The translations under genes were made by a program, and so were the position numbers. A DNA stretch of 64,000 nt from Tubulanus polymorphus (lineage: Eukaryota > Animalia > Nemertea). The notes under the pieces are model-generated. The model saw only the letters and a program-made list of their open reading frames with translations, made no database searches and was not told the origin of the DNA. Location of the stretch: positions 7,366,275 through 7,430,274 of the forward strand of contig NC_134032.1 in the NCBI RefSeq assembly GCF_964204645.1. The letters are read 5' to 3'. Shown here one piece after another: positions 10,117 through 23,004 of the stretch (positions are counted from its first letter, which is position 1; the number at the start of each line of letters is the position of its first letter).

Positions 10117-13100
10117 TAGCAGAACTTTTTACCCAAACGTTCAATGGTTTGAAAATCTTTCAATGGCATTCCTAAGTATTTGATGAAAGTTGAGAAATCA
10201 TAAGATATTCCTATAACCATGGACTCTAAGACCTAAATCGTTTAAGAGTCCCTGATATAAAAAAAAAACTTCGCATAACGAAGAAGCAAAAGTTCGAATC
10301 TGATTCATCTGTTTGGAATTGATTCTTATGAAATGGAAACAAATGCGTGAGCACTACTCATTCATTCAATTTACTTTGCGGCTTTACAACGGCTATTTCA
10401 CTGGTTCTGTGTGATGAGATAATTCTGATTAAAGTTATTGTAATAATTTCAATATGTATATACGTAATGATACTATTTCTGAATAAAGGATGCACGTTAT
10501 TCGAATCCCCACCATTGTTCTCTACAATGTACGTTAATCAAACCAGGGAAACCAGGAATCACACTTCCCTGATCAAACTCACGATAAAACCAGAGCCAAA
10601 ACCATGGACTCAAAAACGAAGAATCCGTGGTCAAACATACAATTCTAATTTCCCCGTTAGTTCACTGATGCCGTCAGTTTCTATCGAATGCAAGGATTCT
10701 AGCCAATCAGAGAGGCGCATGTACACATCCATTGGCATGTTAGTTATAGTACAACTTAGACAATAATCAAGGTTCGAGCCAATGTCAGTAACTAGAATAT
10801 GTTCTTTCATCAAATACAAATAACTCAGCAGTAGTCAGTTAGTTGAGTTTGTTTGACTTGATTTGTATTTCATCAATCAATCTATTTCATTTTATTTTAA
10901 AGTACAAACTAAACGCTTGAATTGTTTTTAACACGACCAGGTATGAATTAGAATAGATCGGCTTAATATTTCGAATGCAAATTTGGCGTTTAAGCAATCG
11001 GAAGTTCGAAGTGCTTGAGAAATTTTCCAATACGCACATTACTTCGAATAGCGATAAGTTCATTGACACATGTGACATTGTTGTGTTACTTTCGAATAGC
11101 GAGTCGAATAAGCTATGGGACAGCTAACGACAGCACAATCGCAATATCAACAGAAGTTCATTTTATCCTACATGATGAGGCTAAATTCAGCGAAATCGAT
11201 CGTGTTCTGAAATATATATTTTCCTGGATACATGTTGTTTATTGTAGCTATTCTATGCGGTTTTATACATTAACCTGCTATAACATATTGACCGTTTTCA
11301 AGAACCCAAAAATTACAATTTTCTGGGAATCTGTTTTTTTTCAAAAACAACCCAAACCCGAAATTGTGTACAGTTAGTACGCAGCGTATATAATGTCGGA
11401 TTAGAGAATATTGAAAAAACTTAGAAAAAGTTCAGTGAAGGAAAATAAGCTCAGCAGTGACAAATTGTCATTCCATCCCCTTCACGTGATTAATTGATGT
11501 CCAAATATGTTCTACCGTGAAAACTCTGCATTTAGCTTCAAACGAATTTTTGTATATGTATCTCAGGATGCATGCTCTTAAAAAAGGTAGCCTATTAGGA
11601 AAAAACTTACCCGGTAAAATCCTAATTTGTCCTAAACGATATTCCAACTATTATTTTGTTAATTATTCAACTAACTGGGTAAGTTAGTTGAACTTACATA
11701 AAGATATATCATTAGGGACACTTCAATTTCACACCATTCAATATCATAAGGGAACAAAATTCTTTGAAACTTGGTTAATGGTAGTTCTTAAGACTAGGTT
11801 TTGTTTCCGGAATTTACTAAATGTACCAATTCTAATAATTCACTCATTGAAGCTTCTATACATTAGAAGCGAAAGCTCGTGCGTCGAAATAAATAGTTAA
11901 CCTTTAAAGTACTACTCCTCTCTTCATTTAAATTCAAATAATATAAGTCTTTATTGATTCTTTTTTTGTTGGAATATGCATAACTTTTTCTGGGCAAATT
12001 TCTATATTCTGTCAAGTCATGGACGTTTTAGAGTCCATGGTCAAGGTATTTTGGCTATAACGAATATAACTAACTCCCTGGGGCAACGATGTGGCTGATG
12101 AAATGATCTCTCCCATTGTAATCCCACCATTTAATTACTCATTGTATAACAACTCTCACAATTAAGCCTCGGACTCTACAACGAATTATGAGTGCATGCT
12201 TTAGTATAGGCTCTGATATAGAGCATATTGTTTTGATTTAGAACATGTATGCATAAACTCTAGGCTGCAAAGAAATACGTTTTCAGCGGCTCTAATCGAG
12301 TTAAATCTTTCGTGATAGATTAACACAGAAAGGCGGCACCCAATCACTGCTTATTGACATTAGGCACAAGTCACTGTTATGTTCATTAGTAAAACCATGG
12401 ACTCTAAGTCCATGGTAAAACTAATATAGAATGAATAAGTGAGGAGGGAAAATGTATAAATTAAATTTATAAATGAATTTATAAGAATTTAGCATGCATC
12501 GGAGTGCACTTAAATTGGATTATTACAAAATAACTCACTTCAAAATTTATGATATTGTTTCATTGATATTTATTACTTTAAAGCGATTCACTTTAAGAAC
12601 TTTGGTCAACAATAAGTCTGACCTGCAAATCAAATCATCGGGAGACAAAATGCTGTTTCAAAAATTCATATTGCTTATACATTCCTAATCTTAACCTTTC
12701 GCCATAAACCTACTGGATTTAGGGCCTGGGGAAAAATCTAGGTAAAATCCTCACTTGGCGATTTCTCAAGAACATTTGAAAGCACGATATTCATTCAAAC
12801 ATATTCATCCACGATACAACTGCAATATATTTAACTGTGCATTGATCTCTTTTGTTGAAATAAATCTTTAAATAAAATCATAGAATAAATGAAATTAATG
12901 AACTTTTTATTCATACTATCTTTTCATATTCTTATTCATACTATCTTTTAATTCGAACTAAATAACTCTTTTTAACTTGTGGTATAGTATGCTTATGATA
13001 TGGATTCGATTTACGTATCAATATTTTCATGTTGACGGGGGCCTGATGATGGCTAATAGCATTAGCCGAAACATTGCTCGGAGAACATTTGATTTTTAGC

Positions 13101-13860
13101 TGAATTCATTGTGGGATTTGTCTCGTTATTCACCATACACGGATATTGTGTATTTTCTTCTCATTTTCATGTTGGTTTTGAACAACTTAAATTTTGCGAT
13201 TCTAATACCTTATTAACTTTAGATGACAGTAATACCTTCAATTTACATGTAAAATATGATCACTGCTGAACGTGTAATAAGGAATATATATTTACTCCAG
13301 TGACAATATTTTGATTCAAAGATTTAATTCAATCATCTAGTCCGAGTCTGTATGGTAAAACTTCTGGCTAACCAAGAGCTAACCGAATACCGACAATAGA
13401 AGGTGGTCGCTTAAAAATTAGTTAATTTACGCAACAGGAATCTATCTTGATTTCAAGGGCACTTCAATTAATCGTTTCAATAGTGACCACTGTAAATTAG
13501 CCAGTAGTTTAAATGACCAAATTCAATCAACCGATTCGTATCCTAAGAATGAGAATTGTATCTAACCACAGTAGTTATTCCTCATCAAACGTTCGGTCAT
13601 CATATTATACATCTATATATCATTACTATCATCTTCAGTTAATAGAAGTGAAATAAAATCTAGAGTCTATGAGTTGAGTTTTTTTGAACATAATAAATTG
13701 TGTTGATTTTATGTTAGTTAAATCAAATATTGGGAATATTTTTACGGGGGATTTTTACTTTGGGGATAATAAGCTAAATTATTTTATATCATCGGTTTTC
13801 ATTAAGAAAAAAAAACAACTATTAATCTTAACTACACTTATATTCCTTTTGGAACATTAA

Positions 13861-14189
13861 GATTCTTTCATTGAATTTAATATGTTATTTCGTACATAGT
13901 TCATCACAGTGCATCATTCACGCTTAAATGTACAAAACTTCTTTACAGAGTTCAAAATATAAACCAACAATCTCATCTCAAGCATGTACTAGCGCTGACG
14001 CTATGGGATAAAACCAAGTCTCGATTCTTTCATTGAATTTTATATGTTATTTCGTACATAGTTCATCACAGTGCATCATTCACGCTTAAATGTACAAAAC
14101 TTCTTTACAGAGTTCAAAATATAAACCAACAATCTCATCTCAAGCATGTACTAGCGCTGACGCTATGGGATAAAACCAAGTCTCGATTC
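13861..14189 (+). repeat. Near-perfect 162-bp tandem duplication
   Basis: Units start at 13861 and 14023, with GATTC at each junction (13861, 14023, 14185). Confidence 0.95.
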
Positions 14190-15599
14190 ATTGCCTAAAA
14201 TGTGGGTACATTCATTCAAATCAGGACTAAAATATGCTTATATGAATATCTTGCATGATATCATTTTACATTACGGGTGTCTCATAGGCCTGGTTTTACT
14301 TGTACATTGTCATCAATTGGTTAAACATCCCAAGTAACTTCTTTATTTACTTATGGCTTAATCACTGGTATTCAATAGCTAGTCGGCTATAGAAAGACTA
14401 ACCCGATAAAATTCCATTAACCGTTCGTCCAGAGTCGAACACTCGCGCGTTAATTCGCAACGATTTTAAAGAAAGAAAATGATTGCATGAAATCTACTTT
14501 TCGTATCAATCGGCGTCCAATCTCTTAAACCACCCTAAACACAGTCGTGTAGTAGTTTGTGTCTATTTGCTTTTGCTGATGCCATTTAACATAACAATGG
14601 AAATGTATTCGTTTATTTGGAAATTATATGAAGATATGGAGTAATCATGAGACAAATCAAATTATTACTGCAAGGCAAAACATAGCGCACTTCAGATAAA
14701 TGATATGGCCTTAAAGACTTTTCATATATTAACAGTCCAGTTTAACGTCTATTGATATGAATAGTCCAGTTTTGATATGACTGTCGCAACAGTTGGAATA
14801 AAACCTATGAAATCTAGGGGCATTTATCTCATGAAATTTAGATTTGAGATAATTGTATTGTATTGTATGAGGATTAAACATTTCAATGGCTGGTGATTAT
14901 TTGTGATGAAGTAATCAGTGAGATGGACTGTTGATGTAGCCTTGATTGAGGCACTCGGGTCAGATAATATTGTTAGATAAAACAGTGCATTTGTTAAAGC
15001 AGAACACATGATTTTAAACTAAATATAAGTAGCTAAATCTTAGGAAGAGAGTTCAAATATCTGATAAGTAATATCGGATAAGTAGCTAAACCGTTAAATT
15101 TCATTCTTAACTTTTCATCACTCCTGATTATCAAAAATAGATCAACAGTTTGATTAACGGATAGTTGCAGTTAACAACATTTCTATCTGATAGAGAAGGT
15201 ATACAGGTATACAGAGGAACAAGAAAAGAACATCCAACTAGACACTGAAAAATCTTTATTCGGGTTTTCTACTAGGGGCCTTTACCTTGGGGTATATTTA
15301 ACTAGGGGATTTTTACTGAAAGGGACCTTTACGGGGCGAGTTTTTACCCGATCACATCGATTATTGAATGACACACGAAAATATAGGAATGAATTCTGAA
15401 CAGAATCAAATCAGGTTGTTCTAATTGGTATTGTGTATACATTTCATTCATTTGATATTTCAAGTAATTCGTGTAATTAGGAAAAACTCGATCCAATAAT
15501 TGGTTTTTCTTTCGGTTTTACGTAATTTACAACTTACCAAATATGGACTACATGGTTTGACATTAAAACCAGTGAGCATTATGGTATCAAGTTCAACCA

Positions 15600-16005
15600 A
15601 AATTGATAACGATCGGCCTTTCGTAGAATCTCCCTGAAGGTCACAATTTTAGTAAATTGACCTTGGGAGGTTTAAACCTCCCGAATCCAATTAGCAAAAT
15701 ATCGGTCCTCTATGTCGGCGACAATAGAAGTACCCTGCGCGTAACTTTTTATTGTGCGCCTGCCGCGTTTTGGGCACGAGTAGCTTACGTAATCTTAATT
15801 GAAAGTTGAGATCACAGGCAGATATTGAGGTCTATGGCCCACACATAACATCATAAATTGGTCAGGAAATAAAGTGTTTTGAGGTATAGATGGCACGTTT
15901 GTACGATTTTACACTGTAAATTTATCATTTTTCAGGACTTAAGGACCAAAAATCGGCAATATTTTTGATACAAACTGAGAAAGTATCAAAACATTTGAGA
16001 ACGCG
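15600..16005 (-). repeat. Dispersed repeat, about 400 bp, copy 2 (inverted)
   Basis: Inverted diverged copy of 9712-10116. Confidence 0.85.
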
Positions 16006-16520
16006 TTCTCCCTGGTGTGATGAAACAACTAGTTTCAGTAGAGTAGGACTTTTTGAAGCCATTGGCATTGAAGCCGCATTGAAGTGTGTCTAGTACAGAT
16101 AACTCACAGGCCATGTACTTGAGGGCGATTCATCAAAGGACTTTTGCTAATTGACAAATAATTGCATGTACTGAATGTTGAGTGAAAATTGAGACTATGA
16201 CATTGATGGATTAACTTCAGTGTTTTCTGGAGTTTCTTATATTTCCTATTGACCACACTAAGCTCATAAGATTACAGATGTTCATACGTTTTTACTTCAA
16301 GTGTATGTTCCCAACAGCTGACACAGCTGATACAGATAACACAAAAGGATTTACAACGGGACCATGCATTTTTCTACGGAATAAGTGAAAATACGGATTA
16401 TGGAGCACGAATTAGACAATTTTAAAGGGAATGACGTTACTGAAAGACGGGACCAATTTATTCATACGGAATAAGCACTTAAACGGTTTAACCGGAGACG
16501 GATTAACCGAGGTTGACTGT

Positions 16521-16988
16521 ATAACACAAGCGACATTTCAATGATACAAGAAACACATGGGTGCAAGACTTATCTGAGGTTCAATAGAATAATGCTGAGA
16601 TTAAAGCATTGTCTACAGAGATTGTGCCTTCTAGATCATTCGATAATGTTACTCCGGATCCGGTTCCACAAGTTCTTGGTTAAAGGTTTCTCTTGACTCT
16701 GGAAGGCTAAGGCAGTGAAAATGAATTAATTTTAGACTGTCCACACATCACATGTGTTCGGAGCTTCACTGGATACATTTTCAATTGACAATGACAATTG
16801 ACAACTACTCGGCGATTTTTTACAAAACACTTTTTTAACTGATGGACTGATGGACCCCTAAAATATCCCCTAGTTCCGCTCAGTCACAAAACGTCTTCGC
16901 CATTCAAAATCGAGTCCTATTGGTAGAAGATTTTAGCGTGAAAATACACTGTTTTCATATTTAATTCGTGAATCTCCATGGATGAGAT
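16521..16988 (+). repeat. Dispersed repeat, about 470 bp, copy 2
   Basis: Same-orientation diverged copy of 3990-4467. Confidence 0.85.
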
Positions 16989-18197
16989 TCAACTCTTTTA
17001 AATACATCCAACATTTTATTCAATGTTCAGCATAATGGGAGCGATTAGCTCCAAATTGTCGTCAATTTAACGACCTGATATTGTCGTATAGAAAGTTAGG
17101 TAACCGAGTCACTGGAGAGCGAAGACGTATTGCGTCAGCTATTGAAACTCTGAATGGTAATAGATCAAACAAACTAGATTGATACGTCTATAATCAAACA
17201 AAGAACAGTAAATTGGAGCTTACTTTAGTCAATAGGCTATGCGTCCCTCTGTTCGGGGGCAACGTTTGATACGGGGAATAGAGCAGGTGACAGAGGCAAA
17301 GATACTTCGCGATCAATTGGTTCGTATCCTAGCCACGTCAAAAAATTCTGTATGATATGCTGCATATCGTATCAAGGTTTGAAATAAAGGAGAACATATT
17401 TATAATCATTGGTTGTAGTCATCAATTCTTCCAGTCAGCTTGCTTCCAACCACAGCGCTGATTTGGCTCGATCACGGCCGGACCTCGTCTTAATTGGTTG
17501 TCGTCTGTCCCCGATATTACGTGTAGTTTATGAAGAACCCATTTTTATATTCGAAAGATCGACAAGCGAGTTGTGTGTATGTATTACTATGACTATTATT
17601 TACAGTTTAAATGCCCATTCGACTTAAATCTGAATCTTCAGCGACTCGTCTCTCGGTCATTTTACTACACCGTATTTGGTGGCTCCTGATTACATGTAAA
17701 GATTTGATTAAGAGCATTAGCGCGGGAATTGCAAGTCACCACACTTGCCTGGTCACCAGTCACCCATCTCACGAGTTCTTGACTTGACTGGTACCTGGGG
17801 CTGGTTGCTCAAAAGGTTAGTTACATCTACACTAGTATTTTGTACCCGGGTTATGCGTCTCCACTACGCTCGAAACACGGGTTCAATGCAGAGTTTTCTG
17901 CACAACTCGGATTTTAGAAACCCCTATTGAAAAAGAAGGGCACACTCCGCATTGAACCTGCGTTCGCGTAAAACTCCGCATTTTTTGCTAGTGTAGACAC
18001 ATCCTCGCTTGCCAGGGGTCCAGTATCACTCCCGAACTCGCTTCCACCAGCCCCCTGGCCTCACGAAGCGTGATTTCATTACTGGCGCTGTTGCGCATGA
18101 CGTCATATATCGATTTGCGAAATACTTCCTTGTTCGGTAAAACGTTCTGATTGGTCCATTTAACGGGAAAACCAACAGAAGTCTACTGAGGGTTTGT

Positions 18198-18324
18198 TAC
18201 AAGCGCTGTGATTGGTACGACCGGATTATGGTCGGCTAGTAACGACTCCAACGACTCGTGAGGTCAAGGGGTTCGGGGAACAGCTTTAGCGTAGTGGGTT
18301 CGAATCCCTTGACGGATGAAGATG
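18198..18324 (+). repeat. Short dispersed repeat with tRNA-like B box (SINE-like), copy 2
   Basis: ACAAGCGCTG...GTCAAGGGGTTCGGGGAACAGCTTTAGCGTAGTGGGTTCGAATCCCTTGACGG. Confidence 0.6.
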
Positions 18325-19884
18325 GTGTAGACAGTGACCCGTGTTAAGAGTTAACCAATAGATAGTTGACATAGTGGCAGCTGGAAGTTTTTTGTTGATA
18401 TGGTTGTTATCCGGGTTATCTTAAATCAAGACGATTTCATGATTTAAGACCACTTCTGGACTCAAGTTACGACGTCAACGTTGCCCAGGCAAATGATGTA
18501 AATTCCAACTGGATTGACCGCCAAAGATTTGAATGGTTTACTTCGAGTCGGTGTTGGCCGCGCGCGAAGACATGAACTACAATTCAATGAAAACTAACTT
18601 CAATTCAATGAAAACAACAAAAGATAATTATCATAATTATCAATATCATTATTAATATTATTATCATTGTCATTACTTACTATCATGATTTATTTTCAAT
18701 AATTACTTAAATCAGCGAAATGAAACTTTATTTTTACATTCAAAGCGTTACGACATATAAAGATGAAATAAATCTTTTTAGAAAGTATACATATTTTATT
18801 CTATCTAAGCTGAAACAAACTCCCATCCTTGGTTCGATCGAAATTTATTCAATATTAGATAATACTCTATCATATCCAATAGAATCAAGTTCTTAAAAGA
18901 GTTGGTGATATCTCCGAATTTTTCTTTTCGAAATCAAGAATCCCGTGTTAGCCACCATATGTTATTTAATCTGATAGAGTAGCAATTTGACAATTACATA
19001 GGATCGCTTTTGAGTTACCGGGTATGTCATCAATGGATACATATTCAAAGATAGTCAACGTATCATTTCTTCATGTCAATACTTTCATCTAATACAGGGC
19101 GGTCCAAAATGCAACCTCTTACTTCTTTTAGAATCCTTCAATATTCATGGATGGATAGGAAATTTTTATACAACAATTTTCAAAACCTTTTCTGGCTAAG
19201 TCTCAGGAGAAAGTTCGTTTCCGGAGAAACATGATAAGCTTAAGATAGGGGCGATGCAGCACCCAGAGCACCCCACCCCTGGATCCGCACCTGTTTTGTA
19301 ATGTAATACAGGCAGACCAATCTAGTGAACAAGGGTTTTAAGCTAATCCACTTGGAACTCTCCCGGATGGCAAGGCCTCTGTACTCAATCGAACAGAGAC
19401 ACCCAATGGTCCTCACAACCGATTGGAGAACCTGTATTGATACTGTTCACGTAGAAGGACACTGGGAAATGGGTATACTCGTTCTGTTAAGTTTTTAATT
19501 AATTTTAGTCGAGGCCCCGTTCAATCAACAGCGGCAAAGCTCAATTGTGCCATATTTTCCAACATGATGTTCAGTTTGAAAATAAAGTGTATTATCTTAT
19601 TCTATTATGTGTTCAGTAAACAGTGTGTGATAATCCTAGCGAAGCAGAAATTGGGCAGTTTGTTGTCATGGCCCATTCAATAGAGGCTCTGACTGGTTCG
19701 CAACAATGACCCTGGAATACAAATAACTTGACCGAATCGAGAGTCATTTTCACCCTAACAAAATTTCCGATCCATCTGTATGAAAATTGAAGGCCTCTGA
19801 TGAGTTGGAGTGTATAACGTTGCGTTTTTGGACCACCCTGCGTACCAAACAATGAGTGGCGTGGTCGTTTTAGTAAGTATACAC

Positions 19885-20680
19885 CGGTGACAATCTTAAC
19901 GATTCTCGTTTATCCCCGCCAAAAAGACGATGTTTTGTTTCACGCAGTTAAAAAGACAATTCCACGCCGACATTTTCGCGCCGCGAAGTCATGCGTCGAA
20001 ATGTCAGTAGATGGCGCTACGTACGTATGAATTATGTCATCCTGGTAACCCGGAAATAATTCTTTCAGCGTTATCATTTTAGCTGTTTTGACGTTTCGAC
20101 TAGCAATTTGCCCGATCTTCTTAAAATGACAGATATTTGGGAAACCCGGTTCGCCGGGAGAGCGTTGTTTTCTACCGGCCACAGCAGATATCCTCACAGC
20201 GCATGCGCAGTGGAAGTAAACAAACACACGTCTCTGAAACGGTGGATAGAAAAGATTGTGTAATGTCGATTTTCTATCCGTCAGAGCAGGATCGTTTAAC
20301 TGTTGTGATGGATAGAAATTAGCTTCCTATTCGATTATTTAATCGTCAAGAGCAGGATCTATACTGCAGTAATCTGGGCATTCTTTTAACTTTGATCGGT
20401 TTCTTTCGTTCAACGGCAAACATACTCCAATTATTTCAAAAGTTTTTTTGTGCATATTAACTAGCAAACTCATTTATTCTTTTTGAATGATTTTTATGTT
20501 TTGGAGATTATTTCTGGGTTTCCCAGGATAACGTCATTTACATCTACGTGGCGCCGTCTACTGACATTTCGGCGAATGACTTCGCGGCCCGGAAACGCCT
20601 ACACGGCGCGGATTTGTCTTTATCGCGGCTTTATTACTGCGCGTAACTAAACACAGTCTTTTTAGCGGGGATTGTCGCCC
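19885..20680. mobile_element. Old MITE/non-autonomous DNA transposon with diverged TIRs of about 160 bp
   Basis: CCGCGAAGTCAT..CGAAATGTCAGTAGATGGCGC..TCCTGG at the left is mirrored by CCAGGA..GGCGCCGTCTACTGACATTTCG..ATGACTTCGCGG at the right. Confidence 0.7.
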
Positions 20681-22469
20681 ATACTCGTTTGTTGATTATT
20701 GCATAGTGTGCCAAGGGACGATATGGGAAGTTTTTCTAAGTGGGCTAACTAAATATAAACATGCTAGTATTTTTTTGCCGAATCTTCATTCGGCGATTGC
20801 CAAATTCGCCCACTGCGCCACCTTTACCGAATAGGCGAGGCGAAAAATGGTACATACAGAAATTCGCCTAGTCTGTTGCAGGCTCAAGTGTCTTGCACCT
20901 AATTCGCATAAACCAGTTTAAATCTAAAGTTTTGTGATGTTTGGTTGTTAAAATATGTTTGTATAAATGTTATAATGGTAATAAATTTACAATTACAATT
21001 ACATGTACTGTTAATTCTTCAAATAAATTTGCTGTAGACAGTACAAATAAACAGGACACAATGTTTGCTTAAGGCATAATCTGATGTATGTACCCTGCCC
21101 CTCAAACAATCTGCTGCCAGTACCCTGCACTCAGACAAACCGTACCCACCCCTCAGATATTCTACTGTCTGTACTCACCTTCAGACACTCTGCTGGGCTG
21201 CAGGGAACCTTGGGGTAACCATTTGACTTGAATGATTACACCCAAGACTAAACTGACTTGGAGTTCGAGAACATCCCATCCCTTACCCCCTACCCGGTAC
21301 AACGTCAGAATGCAAGTCAACAGTCTTTCATAAACATGGAAATCGCTGATTGAAATCAATTTCGACTGGTTGCAGTGTATAGGATGTTGTACATATATTA
21401 GAAATTAAACAATATCATTGGCGAACAGTAACTAAAAGAAAACAAAGTTCAGATTTGGTTTTGAGCTCAGAATGTTCTAATCTCAAATCAGAGTTAACTC
21501 TAACGCCAGTGTAACTGATTCATTGTTGTTTATATTTCATTAATATTGTTTTTTTCTTCACGGATATTTTCGAATACTAGATTCGTTCTATCAAAATTCA
21601 TAGATATATACAAAATGAAGGGCTTTTAGATCAGTCGCTGAAGATGTACAGAAAAGTCAGGTTTTTTTTTAATATTGTGGGACGTACGAAAATCGTCGTC
21701 GGTTTAATCCATGTTAGGGATCCTGATCCGAAGCTGTGAGTTATGATTTGTGATTTGACTCGGAGCGAACCCATTGAAAATGAAATGATTTTTAATCAGC
21801 ATAAGATCCAATTCACAAACTATGGAACTGAGTTCTTGGCTTTAGATACAAATATTGTTTAATTTCCGTGTACAATAAAAATGATCCGGGATCCCGGGTC
21901 TGGGATGACCCATTCCAAATCATTTCTCTTTCAAACTAGAGCGTAGCGCTTTACACTTTTTGATGAAACAAAAATAAAACATTATATGTTTGTCCACGCG
22001 CTGTGTGTACGTCAATATCTAAGAATCTCTGGGTCGTTTTTAAAGACTGGTATTACCTTAACGTGGGGTCAACTCAATTCATTATCGATTGAGTAGCCCT
22101 CGGGTTAAAGGTTAAACCAGTTCATGAATCCGGCCTCTAGAAATTTCTGAAATCAACATTGAAATATCAGGTCTATACATAGGATATATATTCAATTCTT
22201 TTCGAATTTGCGCATAGTTATTTGATTCGAAAAAAAACAAATTATTGTCCGCTTATTTTCACATCAAATTCAAAATTGAAAACGTTTTCTCTCGAGGTGA
22301 AGGTCGTCGGTTTTTCAATGACGTCACGCCAAGCGATATCGTTGATATATACGAGGTGAAGGTCGTCGCCATTCTATGACGTCATCTTTGTAGAGACGGA
22401 GCGAAAACCAAAAAAAAATTAAAATTCTTCAATTTCATTTTTCTTTTAAATTTTTCCTTACAGCTGCGC

Positions 22470-23004
22470 TTATTTTGACGTCGAAACCAGTAAGAAAAGG
22501 GCTAATATTAAACTAGATATTGCCAAAATTGTGTTTATACTATTCGACCGCGAGGTGGCATTACCAGTCGTCGCGGATGCATCCGGGAATCGCGCCGGAG
22601 TTTTGAAAGTATTTCCCGAGCATTTTGTCGCCCACCATTTCTCTACTAACTTCTTCAGTTGCCCATTTCTTCGCATTTCCTTCAACACGAAGTCGAACTT
22701 AGATTTCCACGGAGACAATTTTTGCATCGGTAAAACCAGCGTTTCGTGTTTGAGCGTGTCGATAAGGATTTTGTTGCATGGCTGCTGGCCGGCCCAGTAA
22801 TCTGCCAAGTTGAACTCCATGAACACCGTAGCGTTACCCTGCTCTTCCTCGAGAACAGCGACGGCTTCGTCTGCCGTGCCGAATAGTGGGGAAAACGGCC
22901 GTGTCGTGCGGACTATTTTTCTGTATAGTTGTTTCACGTAGGCGTCTTTGGAATTCTGAAAGAACTTTTCGGTTACGCTGCTTTCAATCAGGCCGGGTAG
23001 AACG
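22470..23004 (-). CDS. Paralog A last exon (S2 lobe + hydrophobic tail)
   Basis: Acceptor tttttag at 23005; encodes VLPGLIESSVTEKFFQNSK...KWWATKC...ILAISSLILALFLLVSTSK*. Confidence 0.9.
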
